Shown: positions 25,503-37,930 of the stretch, piece after piece
Layout: each line of letters begins with the position of its first letter
Numbering within the stretch: position 1 is the stretch's first letter
Source of the DNA: Azolla caroliniana
Taxonomy: Eukaryota; Plantae; Polypodiophyta
Assembly: GCA_043228905.1 (NCBI GenBank)
Contig: JBHGNT010000018.1
Coordinates: 10,602,001 to 10,666,000, forward strand
Reading direction: 5' to 3'
DNA length: 64,000 nt
Translations under genes and position numbers: made by a program
The notes under the pieces: generated by a model
Told to the model about the DNA's origin: nothing
Databases searched by the model: none
The model's input: the letters and a program-made list of their open reading frames with translations, nothing else

Positions 25503-25802
25503 AAAGGTAAGGAAATTGATTGTATTAAAGAAGAAGAAGAAAAAGAAAAAGAGAGTATCCTATGTTCATATGATCACTTGTTCTCTGGGTACTCCTGTTC
25601 TCTGGGGGAGAGAGAAACTTTTTTTATTAACGAATTTGTCTCTCTACAACCAACCGACCACACATCAGACTTCTTGGCTCTTGGCTGTCACTCTCGACTC
25701 ACGGCTCTCACTCTTGGCCGACGTTCGAGTGTTGATGGGGTGGGGGGGTCCCTTTACTTTCTTTGTTACAGATTTCCGTTGTATACGACCATTACAGGGG
25801 AT

Positions 25803-28800
25803 TGTCAAATACTGGTCTATACTGGCGTATTCACATTGTATCTTGGACAAACTAGATTTAGGACAATTTTGTAAATATGTCAAAGGGTAGTTATCTTAGC
25901 CCAGTTATCATATATTGGGCTTTGTAACCTAGTTTATGGTTGTTTCCTGTGTTATTGTAACGTTGATATTCTTGGAATAAGACTGTTACATTTTGTGCCT
26001 CTCTCTCTCTCACACAGATTTTATGTTGTATCTCACTTATACATGCTAACTTGGTGATCTTCATCGTAAGGCGTTGTTTATGTTTCCGCATTGATGGCCT
26101 CTGACTACAACATCTGGTATTAGAGCGAGGTTCTTGAACTCGCTGTTGGACGTCATCTGTTTTCAACAACTCTTTTGCCTCCGTGTTCCTAAAGATCCCG
26201 AGTTCAAGATCTCCTCTAGAGAATGTTATCTCCTTCTCAGGGATACAACTTTGATTACTTCCCTGGATATCGGGTCAAGGAATCGTAGTTGCGTAGGGGA
26301 CTTAATGTAGCGCCGAGTAGGGCCGAACAATTACAAGATAGACGATCAAGATCTATTTGCACTTACGACTTATAAATAAGAGAATTGAAAGTAAAGATTA
26401 CTTGATGAAACAGACACAGAGGTGACCTCAAAAGTATTTGTATTGATTACTGCATAGATCGGTTACAAAGACAATACAAGTTGACTATATATCAGTTACT
26501 TTCTCTTTATACAACATACATATATCTATATTCTCTCCCCCTCCTCTTCTGCTGCTCAATCGATTTATTTATAGCCTATTCTCTCCTTGGCGTGCTTCAA
26601 CTACTCCCTCATGATTCTTGGCCTTTATTCCTGGTTGTTTGTATTCCGTTTTCCCTTCCTCTACTGTTAATGCTAGCGTCAATTCTCCTTTTCATACTGA
26701 CCTACTCGTCTCCTTTTTAAGATTCATTTCACACATCGTGCCTTTTGTCCCATGGATAATAGAGAAGAGAAAGAAAACTAAAGATTCGCACTCTACTTCG
26801 CTAGATCACTCTTAAGGTAAGCTAGTAAGTTATACCTTGCTTCTGTGATTGGAACCGCTAGGAATGGAATCTCCATCAATCGTGCTTTACCAAGTTAGAC
26901 ACAATCTACTTGCTTGTCGTAATCACTCAAAATAGATCCTAGATTAACCGCTATCCGTGCTTCACTCGACTAAACGACATTCGGGAGGACCATTAGGCTC
27001 TGTCCCTCTCATCGTTGTAGTCATTTGAAGCAGGATTGGCATGGATAATTGGCACAAAATCTGTGATCGACATCTCTAAATCGGCATTCATAATCCAATT
27101 GACTGTAGTCACTTCGGATAGAATCAACCGATAATTGAAGCTGATTCGACTTGTGTTCAAATCCGACTAAAACAATATCGAGAGAGCCAATTGGCTACAT
27201 CCTATCACTGTTTGTAGTAGACTCCGAACAGAGTTTAGTGAACAGACACAAATGGCATCAACATCCAACTTGTCAGAGATGAGTCTAAGGAAGTTCGACG
27301 GATTGAACTTCAACTTCTGGAAGACGCAAATTCGAGATTAGATGGATCCACTCGAGTCAGAAAATCCCCCAAAAGAAATCAAGCCGAATGAGTGGACGAA
27401 ACTCGATAAAATTGTCCAAGCCTTCATTCAGATGCACTCGTCGGAGTCAGTGTACTTCATAGTGCAATCGTGTCCGACAACCTTTCAATTGTGGAAGACA
27501 CTCACAGACACCTATGAGAAGAAGGTTGCTGCCACAAAGATATACCTGATTCAACGCCTTTACAACCTTCGGATGAAAGAATCCGATTCGGTTCAAGCAC
27601 ACCTTAATGAGTATGAAAGCCTAAGCTCCTAAATTTCGGCTCAGGGGACGACCATTGAAGACGAATTAAAAGCGATGCTGCTCATGAGTAGTCTCCCTCC
27701 ATTGTGGGAAACCTTTGTCACAACTATGTGCAATGCATCAATTGCCGTCGTTAAGTACTCCGCAGTCACGAGCGTAATTTTGACTGAAGCAGCTTAGAGG
27801 AAAGCGTTTTTTAACGCCTCGGTCAATGACGCTTATGTAGTACAAGGTTCAATTGATCGATCACACAGTTTAGGAAGAAGTTCTTCCCGACAGCCGAACA
27901 TCTAGTGAAGTTGGAGCAAGTCCCGAGACAACCGAATCTGCAACTACTACAAGAAACCGAGACATATCAAAGCTGATTGCTGCGCAATCAAAGCCAAAAA
28001 TGACAAACCTCAGCGAGCAGATCAAAAGAGTGGCCGACATGAGGAGGTCAATTACGTCGGCTCTTCAGTCGTAGTACTGTCGAACGACCCGAACATCCTA
28101 TCCATTGAAAACCCAGTCGAATCAGAAGTTCAGCTTACGATTGAGGAATCGAGCACATGGCTCTTGGATTCGGGTGCTTCCTACCATGTGACCCCTCACA
28201 GATCCCAGTTTCGGCAATATTTGGCCCGACACTCCGACTCAGTCCGAGTCAGAAATTCGCAGCATTGCGCTATTATCGGAATCGGCACTGTAGATCTCAA
28301 TCTCCTAGGTGGTTGTACATTAGTATTCCACAATGTCAGACATGTACCTAAGCTCTCAAGACCTCTGATCTCAAATGGAGACGACATCTGTGTTGGCTTC
28401 TCATCAAGAGGGTGGCCACTCTAGAGGGGGAACCTCCTACTTGCTCGATGTCCGAAAGTACATTCTCTGTACCTGATATATGTCACACTCAGAGAGGGTG
28501 ACTTGTTCATGGTTGATATTCCCGTATCGTCACTATGGCATGAACGACTCGAACAGCTTAGCAAGGTTGGCATAACACATCTATCTAGAGCTGAATACAT
28601 CCCCAAACTCTCCTTCTCTAACCATAAATTCTGCGAGCACTTCTAGTTCGGCAAATAGATAGCCGCATCAAACCCAACAACAACCTCGAGAGGATCGAGT
28701 CCAATCGATTTGGTCCACTAGATTTAGAATAATTAAGTAAATATGTCAAAGGTCAGTTTCCCTAGCCTAGTTAGTATATACTGGGCTTTGACCTAGGTTG

Positions 28801-28970
28801 TGGTTGTTGCCTGTGTTATTGTAACGCCGATATTCTTGGAATAAGACTGTTCCATTGTGTGCCTCTCTCTCTCAGATTCTATGTTGTATCTTGCTTACAC
28901 ATGCCAACTTGGTGATCTTCATCGTAAGGCGCTATTTATGTTTCTGCACTGATGGCCTCTGACTACAACA
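25803..28970 (+). mobile_element. Degenerate Ty1/copia element (LTR 25803-26112, PBS 26115-26126, gag from 27252, protease; INT-RT-RH deleted; partial 3' LTR about 28717-28970), same family as 37931-43447
   Basis: The LTRs share ...GATGGCCTCTGACTACAACA; gag MASTSNLSEMSLRKFDG versus MASTSSSSEMSLRRFDG; WLLDSGASYH. Confidence 0.9.
26186..26735. repeat. Probable solo-LTR insertion in the leader of the 25803 copia
   Basis: The host leader aligns with the 42950-43110 region on both sides of this segment; ends in CA; flanked by CCGTG/TCGTG. Confidence 0.5.
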
Positions 28971-29259
28971 CCCCCCAAGGGGTTTTGAGCATGCGGGGGG
29001 AGAGAGAGACACATAGAGAATGAGAGGGAAAATCGAGACAAACACAGTTGAGGGATAACTTCACTATATTTCCTTCATGCCCCATAGGTGGGGTTTAAAT
29101 AATACAAGATCTGATCAAGACATTACAAAAAACCGAATGGGGTAGTTACACCTACTTACCCCACCTCACACTCGCACATTAACATTTCATATTGCACCTT
29201 ACCGATTACACCATATACATTACACAATTAACCCTCCCATACACCTATATGGGTAGCAC

Positions 29260-30720
29260 CGAACACAACTTGTTTCGCTTGCAACTCCTGAAGCCGCTGA
29301 AAATTGACGTGGCCAATCCGCTCATGCCACAAGTCGATATCTGATTAGAATTTTTTCCTTTGGCAAACATTGTGTTGTTGATGTCGTTTGTGTCGAGGAT
29401 GAACATCCTCCCTTCTCGTCACCCTTGCACGATGATTTTCCCTTCTTGCTTAATGAAGCAGCCAAGGTGGGTGAACCGAACTTGCATTCCTTGGTCAACA
29501 ATCTATCCAAGTGACACCAAATTCTTGGTGATTGTCGGCGCATGCAAGACGTTCATTAGTCTCCCTTTTTGGCTAACATGGCTCAAGGGGACGTCACCAA
29601 CATGCTCAATGGGAAGTGAGGTGTCATCACCGGTTTCGACGATCCCTGCAGCGTCTCCAAAGATGAGAACCACTCTTCGTGGCTCGTCATGTGATTTGAC
29701 GCTCTGGAATTGACATACCACACCTCATTTGGTTTCATTGACAAGGTCCTCGTCTTCATTGAGTTTGCCTTGTGCTTCATCACAAAGGTTGGGCCCGTTC
29801 TAGCTTAGTTTGAGCCTTCAACAAAGTGCAATCATTGTCGATTTCCCTGTTCCACTCTGCCAGATCTAGATTTGTCTGAATCGGCCTTCTCCTTCCAGCA
29901 CTCGCTTTCTCTGTGGCCTTTCCTGCCACAATACTAGCATTCCGTCTTGGTTTCACTTGCCGGTTTCCGGCACCACCTTGACTCCCCCTGCTCATGGAGG
30001 GTCTGGAACCATTATCGGCATGTCGATTATGCCTCTAATTCTGCTCTTGTCGACCACCACCATTGCATGCCGATCCACCACGTTCCCCACGACCACGAGG
30101 CCTATCTACCTCCATGTACAACATTTGGTTGTCAGGTTGCGTGCTCTTTGATGCACCTTCGTCATTTTCTTTGACCACAAGCATCGATTGTAGGTTGAAA
30201 AACGATGGTGGTTTCTCCCTAATGCAAATAGCTGCTCCGATCAGCTTGTACCTCTGAGCTAGACCACCAAGCAAATCTGCACCATTTCATCCTTGCCCAT
30301 CGTCACATTGATGGATCCCAAGGCATCACAAATTTCCTTCATCTTTGCGGTGTAGGTCATTGTCATATCCCTCTGTCGGATATTGTTGAGCTCTTGGCGA
30401 ACCTACAACTTCCGAGTCATGGTACTTGCAGCGAAAATCTTCTTCAAATTTTCCCAGGCCTCCTTAGGCGTCTTTGCATTTGAAATGTAACCTAGCATTT
30501 GGTCGTGCACACAGGATGCAAGGCAATACAAGGCTCTACTTGCCGCTTGCTCCCACGCTGAAAAATCCTTGTGTGACGATTATGGCACTTCTTCGTTTTC
30601 TCCATGGACGTAATTCCAGTAGCCATGCCCAAGTAGGTATTGGTGCATCTTGTATTCCCAAGATGCGTAGTTGCGTCTAGCCAACTTCTCTGCACCACCC
30701 ATTCCTCTGTCCATTTTCTT
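29260..30720 (-). mobile_element. Ty1/copia gag-protease-pre-integrase remnant (second copia family)
   Basis: MDRGMGGAEKLARRNYASWEYKMHQYL; WYVNSRASNHMT; NVLHAPTITKNLVS. Confidence 0.85.
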
Positions 30721-30746
30721 TTCCTTGTCTGTTCTTGTCCGGGGAT

Positions 30747-32322
30747 TGTCACGAACACACCAACTACGGGTTCAGACAAAGCGCAGATGATGAGGCTATG
30801 AGCGTAGAAAGCTAGGAATGACACAAGTGCATGAAGACCGAGATGAAGAAGGAGAGAAGATGGAATGAAACGAGAATACTAGATTGATGTGTCAATGACA
30901 ACTGTTGAATCCCTTGAAAGGGACCAAGGAGGTTACAAGTATTTATACAAGTTCTGAGATTGAGTATCTCTAGAATATACCTGACAAATATCTCTGGAAT
31001 ATACCCGTCTAGAATACACCATAGAATATTTCTAGAATACACTAAAGGCTCTAGAATATTCTGGACTATATACATGCTAGAATATACAATACTTTATTGT
31101 ATACAAACATATGCTCATATCCATATGGTTGACCATGACGTCTTGTAGATGTGAGGTTGCAAGTTCAATATTCACTAACTACGTGTTTGACGTCATTGTG
31201 TCGTGAGCGACCATGTGCGGTCCTCGCCGGAGATTGGGCCACCGACGGGCATGAGCGACCATGTATGGTCCTCACCATAGATTAGAACCCAGACGGGTGT
31301 GAGCGACCATGTGTGGCCCTCATCGAAGACTAGAACACCGACATACATGAGTGACCATATGCTTTTCTCATCAGGAACATGAATGGGCATGAGCCACCAT
31401 GCGGCTGTCAATGGGAACTAGAACACGAATAGGAGTAAGCGACCATGCGGTCGTCACTGGGAATTGGAACATGATTAGGAGTGAACGACCATGTGGCCCT
31501 CTCTGAGAACTGGAACATGAACAGGAGCGAGTGACTATGCAACCCTCACCGCGAACTCGAACACGAATGGGTGAGCGACCATGCTGTCCTCATTGAGAAC
31601 TCAAACACGAACAGACGTGAGCGACAATGCAGTCCTCACCGGGAACTCGAACATGAATGGGTGTGAGCGACCATGCGGCCCTCACCGGAAACACGAACGG
31701 GCGAAGGAGTGCAGGTGAAGTGGTTGACTCGACTTGGGTAAATAGTCGAGGTTGACCCAAAACACATCACAAACGGTAGCGCTAGCGAGAAACCCACATG
31801 ATCCCCACCAGGAAAGTGAGGGGTTGTGACCCGCACTGAAACTAGAAGGTGAGCTATCGAAATCGGTCCTCGCCAACAAAAAGTGGCGCGAGACTTGAAC
31901 TACAAGGAAAATGCAGTGCAAGCGAGAAATGATATGATCCCCATCAGGAAAGTGAGCGGTTGTGACCCCCACCGGAAGTGGGAAGGTGAGCGATCGAAAG
32001 CACTGCTCACCAAAACCGTGATGCAAAATGATACCTAAAAATGATGACAAGTAGTGTTGATGACGACGATGGTTGGGCGAAGAGGTGCTGAAAATGATGA
32101 CGTCGAAGAGAAGGATGTTGATGATGGTAACTCTGGAAGCAAGGACGGTGATGATGGTAACTCTAGAAGCAAAGGCGATGACAAAGACGGGTGGTGCTCC
32201 CAGTTGGAAGTGATTCAAACTATCACGAACACACAAACTGCGGACCCAGACAAAGCACAGATGATGAGGCTATGAGCGTAGAACTTAAGAAGCTACGAAT
32301 GACACAAGAGCATGAAGACAGA
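30747..32322 (-). mobile_element. Non-autonomous gypsy/chromovirus-like LTR element: LTR 30747-about 31192, internal tandem array, truncated second LTR from 32221
   Basis: Direct repeat T(G/A)TCACGAACACAC...CAGATGATGAGGCTATGAGCGTAGAA at 30747 and 32221; same LTR-GT-TTGAA junction as the 58380 element; no recognisable coding domains. Confidence 0.7.
31200..31700. repeat. About eleven 42-48 bp minisatellite units (core GAGCGACCATG...CCTCAC...GAACT.GAACA)
   Basis: Core found at about 31205, 31253, 31301, 31349, 31391, 31437, 31483, 31529, 31573, 31619 and 31665. Confidence 0.85.
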
Positions 32323-32609
32323 TTTTCATCTACCCACCCACACTTCACTGTTTTTTTAACCCTAATTTTTATTTTCATCTACACTATTTACGTGTGTTTC
32401 ATTGTTGGGTAATCATGATTTTGTGTAGTCTATTTTTTTTTCGTATTGAGTGGGCATCATGCCGTGTTTTAAATATATTTTCCAAAGTTTCCTCTAGGTT
32501 TAACTCATGTAATTGAGCCTTAGAACTTGATTAAAAACATATGAGTTCCCCTATTCATGTTTAAATATTGATAAATTTGAGTACTACATCTTTGCACACA
32601 ATACCACCA

Positions 32610-34087
32610 CCATTTGTATCAACTTGTGGCTTATGTCACAATTGTGCAAATTACTCTCGTCTGCTTCTCCGGCTTCTCGAGAAAAGAGAACCACTCCCTG
32701 TGGTTCTTTATGTGGTTTGAAGCTCCGGAGTCCACATACCAAACTTCTTCCGACTTTCAGTCGGATGCAACCATTCTGTTGGCCTTATGCTTCATTACGA
32801 GGGTCGGTCCCGACTCGTCTCTCTCCGAGCTTCCGACGTAGTGCGATCGGTGATGTTTGTCTATGTCTTTCCGGTTCGATCCGGCCTTGTCCGAATTGGC
32901 TCTTTTCTTCTAGCACTAGCTTTCTTTGTGACCCTTCCGGCCAAAATACTAGCATTCCATGTCGACTTTTCCTTGACAGTTCACCTCTACAAGGAGCATC
33001 GACTATAAGTCGAAAAACAATGGCGTATTCTCCCTTGTATTGTCCGCCGTTCGGAATTCTCCCAACTACGATCCAAGACCCCCAAGACATACCTACAACA
33101 TCTCATCTTCCTCGACGGTCACGTTGATGGAAGCAAGTGAGTCGTAGATGTCTTTGATCAGGGCCATGTAGTCGGCCATCGACATGTCCTTCTGTTAGAC
33201 ATTGCTTAACTCCTGTTGGAGTTGCAGCTTTGGGGCCGTGGTGCTTGCGTCGAAGACCTTCTTCAGGTTTCCCCAAGCTTCCTTTGGCATCTTGGCATCC
33301 CGGATATGGTTGAGCAGCCAATCTTCGATACTAGACACAAAGTAGTACATTACCCTGCTAGCCGCGTGTTCCCAAGCCGGAAAGTTCTTGTGTGCTGCAT
33401 GAGGTGCTGTATCGTTAGCTCCGTCGACATAAATCAAGTAGCCATGCCCGAGCAAGTACTGGTGCATTTTGTATGACCAAGATGCATAGTTGGATCTGAT
33501 GAGCTTTTTCGTCGGGAGTGAGCTACCCATTCCTCGGTCCATTCTCTCCTTCCTATTTGTTACTAGGTGTTAGGGTTTGTCCGTAAAGGTCGCTTGTCAG
33601 CAGCAAAGGTTCTCAACCCTCATGCTCTGATACCATGTAAAAGATATTGTGTAGAAGCTAAGACAAAAGCGGCTAGTCCGGATAACAGCAGAACACAAAA
33701 GGAAGGTTTAATGGAAAGCTTGAATATGCAACAGGGACAAAGAGAGAGAGAGTAGAATGTCAACATAAACTCAATTACAAAAATAACACTCTATACATAC
33801 AAATGTCCTATAAAACACTTTTTATACAAGTCCTCAAAAGGACTGACAGCAGTACTGACATGTACTTCAATGCTCATATGAACTACTGACACTAACTCTA
33901 AGGAATATATGCCTTCATACTAGGCTCGGACTGTAGGCCTCCAATAGCCTATCAATTCCCACTATTCTGGAGTAAGATCAGGGTCTTCGGTCTGGCTCTA
34001 GGTTTCAGATACCGATCTATCCGGACACTGATCTAGTTCTCCGGTTCGGATGCCGATCCGGATCCAAATGAGCTTTCCCACTCAACA
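32610..34087 (-). mobile_element. Ty1/copia 5' part (LTR 33636-34087, PBS 33624-33635, gag from 33542), inserted into the RNase H of an older copy
   Basis: Reverse-complement TGGTATCAGAGC directly next to a TG...CA LTR; MDRGMGSSLPTKKLIRSNYASWSYKMHQYL. Confidence 0.88.
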
Positions 34088-36492
34088 TGATGTTTTGGCC
34101 GTAGATCGGGATTGGAGTCCGTACTTCGATTCAGAGGTCTTGTAGCAGCTGCCAAAGCCAAATGGCTTCACATGTCACGACGGTAGCTCCTTTGTACTCA
34201 ACCTCGGTGCTTGACAGAGCCACTATCGGTTGCTTCTTGTTGCTCCACACAACAGTCGCACTTCCGAGAGAAAACATGAATCCAAATGTTGACTAACGAT
34301 CCAATGAATCACTGGCCCAATCGACATCAGTATAGCCGACTAGCTGTTCGGCTATACCATGTCGGTACAACAGTCCCCGATCCTTAGTGCCGCTTACGTA
34401 TCGTAGTAGTTGAGGTGTGCATTGAAGGTGCTCAATGGTTGGTTGCTGCATGAATTGGCTAATCACTTTGACCAGATAGTTGATGTCGGGTCGGATGATA
34501 GTCAGGTATATGAGGATTTCGATAATTTGTCGGACCTGTTTCTCATTGCAGGCCGTTCTAGAGTCACGACGTAACTTTAAATTCCGGTCAAGGGGTGTTG
34601 AGACGGGTCGGCAATCCGTCATGCTGAACTTGAACAACATATTCAACACATAATGTCACGAAGACAATAATATGCCTTCGGGCATGTGGATCACTTCGAT
34701 CCTGAGGAAGTAGTGAAGGTCGCCCAGGTCCTTCATGTCAAAGGTGTCCGACAACTGGGACTTGATTCGATCGATTTCTGCGAGGTTGGGTCCGATGACA
34801 ACCAAGTCGTTGGCATATAACAAAATGCACATTGGACATCTCGAACCATTCCGAGTGAACAACGAAGAGTCAGACTTGGAGGCCGCAAACCCAATCTTAC
34901 GCAATCGATGCGTGATCTTCGAATTCCAAGCACGAGGGGCTTGCTTCAGGCTGTAAAGTGACTTCTTGAGACAACACATTGCCAACTTGTTCATCTTCGA
35001 CTAAAATCTGGGGGGCTGGACCAGATACACTTGTTCTTCAAGATCTCCTTGAAGAAACTCATTCTTCACATCCATTTGGTGGAGATGACACCCCCCTGCT
35101 GTTGCATCCGCCAACACCACATAGACCGTCATCATCTCTCGTTACCAGTGTGAAGGCCTCGTCATAGTGGATACCATGGGTCTGTGTATATCCCTTGGTC
35201 ACCAGTCAGGCCTTGTACCAGTTGACCAAGCCGTCGACATTGTATTTCACTTTATACACCCATTTGCAACCGATCGGTTTCCAGTTTCGGGGAGGGTTAA
35301 CTAGGTCCATGTGTCATTGGCGTCAAGTGCCCGCATTTCTTCCTCCATTGTGGTACACCAATTCACCTCCTTCTATGTAGCTCTCCGGCTCACACACTTC
35401 CGCCACTTTCTTCATGTACGCATAATGGTGTGCCATGTAATCGTTATATCCATACCACAACACGGGGTTCTTCTAGTGGGTAGATCGACATAACTTCTGA
35501 TTCACCTATTTTAGGGCCCTCTTGGCCGATTCAGACTTTGTTTCTGAAGGTCCGTCTTCATTCTTTTCGGTGTCAGATTCACTTTGATCCGACTCTTCCT
35601 TGTTAGTGCCATACTCTAACATATTCTTTGTCCTCTTTTCCATGCGTGGGTACCGTCTCCTTGGTTCCTTGTGCACCAGTGCAGACCAATCTCCATTACT
35701 CACCGGCTCATCATCCGACTAGTCATTTTGACCTAGTCTCTCATTCGACGCACTTAGCCAGAATGAGATTGGACTCTCCTCTAGAGTGTTGATATCCTCC
35801 TCTTCTTCTTCCTGAATCATGTGAGTTTTTGGGAGTCAAGGTTGGTAAGGAGTACCATGATTCTGACTCATCGAATTCGACATCTCGGCTTACTCAAACT
35901 TGTTTGGTCCAGGGGTATATAACACTTATACCCCTTCTGTTCATGTGACTAGCCGGCCAATATGCACTTCTCCGACTTCGGGTCCAATTTTCTCCTCTTC
36001 TCACCAAGCACATGCACATAGGCTATGTTGTTGAATACCCTCAAGTGTCTGAAGTTCAACTTCCATCCGAAATATAGCTCATGTGCCGACACCTTTTCCC
36101 CGATCCGGTTTGGGATGTAGGCCGCTCCGGCCTAGTAAAATTTGGGCATGTGCTTCTCCTCCAACATTGCCCTTGCCGCTTAGACAATCGACCGGTTCTT
36201 CCTTTCCCCTACACCGTTCTGTTACGGCGTATATCTATAGCTGAACTCTCTCCGAATTCCCATTTGCCATAGATAATAGTTGAATTGACCGGAAAAGTAT
36301 TCCTTTTCACCATCCGACCACAAGCACTTAATCTTCCTCTCTGTTTCCCTCTTGACTAAGCTTTGTAAATTCCAGGAATAGTCAAAGACTTCACTTTTCT
36401 TCTCAATGAGGTAGATCCATGTGTGCCGGTTCTAGTCGTCGATGAAGGAGACGAAGTATCAACTCCCGCCAAGGCTCACGTTTTGTGCCAGA

Positions 36493-36967
36493 CAAGGTTG
36501 TTAGGTACGTTAGATACGGTACGGATACCATGCATATATAACGTATTAATAGCGTATAGTACCTCTCAATTTAAAAATACATTAAATATGTTTTCTAATA
36601 TGTTAAATACTTATAAAGTACGTATGATTATCACACTTAGAGTCAGGACAGGTTTCTGTCTTCTTTTCTCTCCTTTTTATCTTCCTCTTCTTCTTCTTCT
36701 GCTTCATCGCCATCGTCATCTCTTTTGTTGTTCTTCCTTCCTTCTTTTTCCCTAAAATATTTTTTCTCTTTTGATATTTGTTAGGGTTTTACTTACATTT
36801 TTTTATAAATATGTATTATACCTATTTTTTCAAATGTACGTTAAATACTGTATTAGACAAATGTACATGATATTTGACTAAACAACATTGAGGTATAGTA
36901 CGTACTATACAAATTATGAGGTGCTATACGTATTTAAACGTTAAACACGGGTACGTAAACAACCATG
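36493..36967. mobile_element. hAT-type MITE inserted in a copia integrase
   Basis: TIRs CAAGGTTGTT and reverse-complement CATGGTTGTT; 8-bp TSD GTGCCAGA/GTGCTAGT (6/8); AT-rich interior with TACGT motifs; removing it rejoins the host integrase segment HSDVWRLAQNVSLGG. Confidence 0.8.
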
Positions 36968-37930
36968 GTGCTAGTCTCCATACATCCGAATGTATCAAGT
37001 CGAGCTTGTTCCGGCTCCAGTTTCGCTCATTGGGGAATGGAAGTTGGTGTTGCTTCTCAAGCTAGTAGGCTTCACAAATTTGGGCCTTCCGGCCACTAAA
37101 TTTGGCAAGCCAAACAATACTTGTTTCGACTCTAGCTCTTGAAGCCTGTGGCAGTTCACGTGGCCAATTCGCTTGTGCCATAAGTCGATATTTGACTCGA
37201 CTTGCTGTCCCTTTGCAAACAATGCGGTGCCAACGTCGTTGGTGTCGAGGATGAACATCCTCCCTTTGCGACGCCCTTGCGCAATAATCTGGCTATCTTC
37301 CTCGATGAAGCACTTGAGGTGGGTGAATCGAACTTGCATTCCTTGGTCGATGATTTGTCTCACTAGCACTAAGTTCTTTGTAATTGTCGGGACGTGCATC
37401 ACGTTCATGAGTCTCCCCTTTTGTCAACATGGCTGACAGGGACTTCACAGAAATTGTTCGATTGGGTGTGGAGTGTCGGCTCCGGTTTCAACCATTCCCG
37501 GTTGCTCAGGTTTCTCTAAATATGAGAACCACTCTTCATGGCTTGTCATGTGATTTGATGCTCCAGAGTCAACATACCACACCTCATCCCATTGTGAGGT
37601 GGTTTTCTTCATCGAATTTGCCTTGTGTTTCATCACGAAGGTTGGCCCTTTTCCGGTTTTTCCGGTTCCGGATCCTTCTGATCCTTCAGCGTAGTGTAAC
37701 CTTTTCTGACTCCCGTGTTTGGCATTGTGGGATCTGCATTTGTTCGAATCGGGGTGCTTCTTCCAACACTCATTCTCCCGGTGACCTTTCTGGCCATAAA
37801 ACTAGCATTTCGTGTCGGCTTTGCTTGCCGGTTTACGGCACCAACTTGACCCCCCCTGCTTGTGGAGGGTCTGGAACTATTTTCGGCATGTTGGTTATGC
37901 CTTTGTGTTTGCTCTTGTGGGCCGCCACAG

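Noticed and set aside
31200-31700. CRISPR-like regularly spaced repeats
   Set aside because: The inter-core segments are homologous to each other rather than unique spacers, the context is eukaryotic, and there are no cas genes; this is a minisatellite
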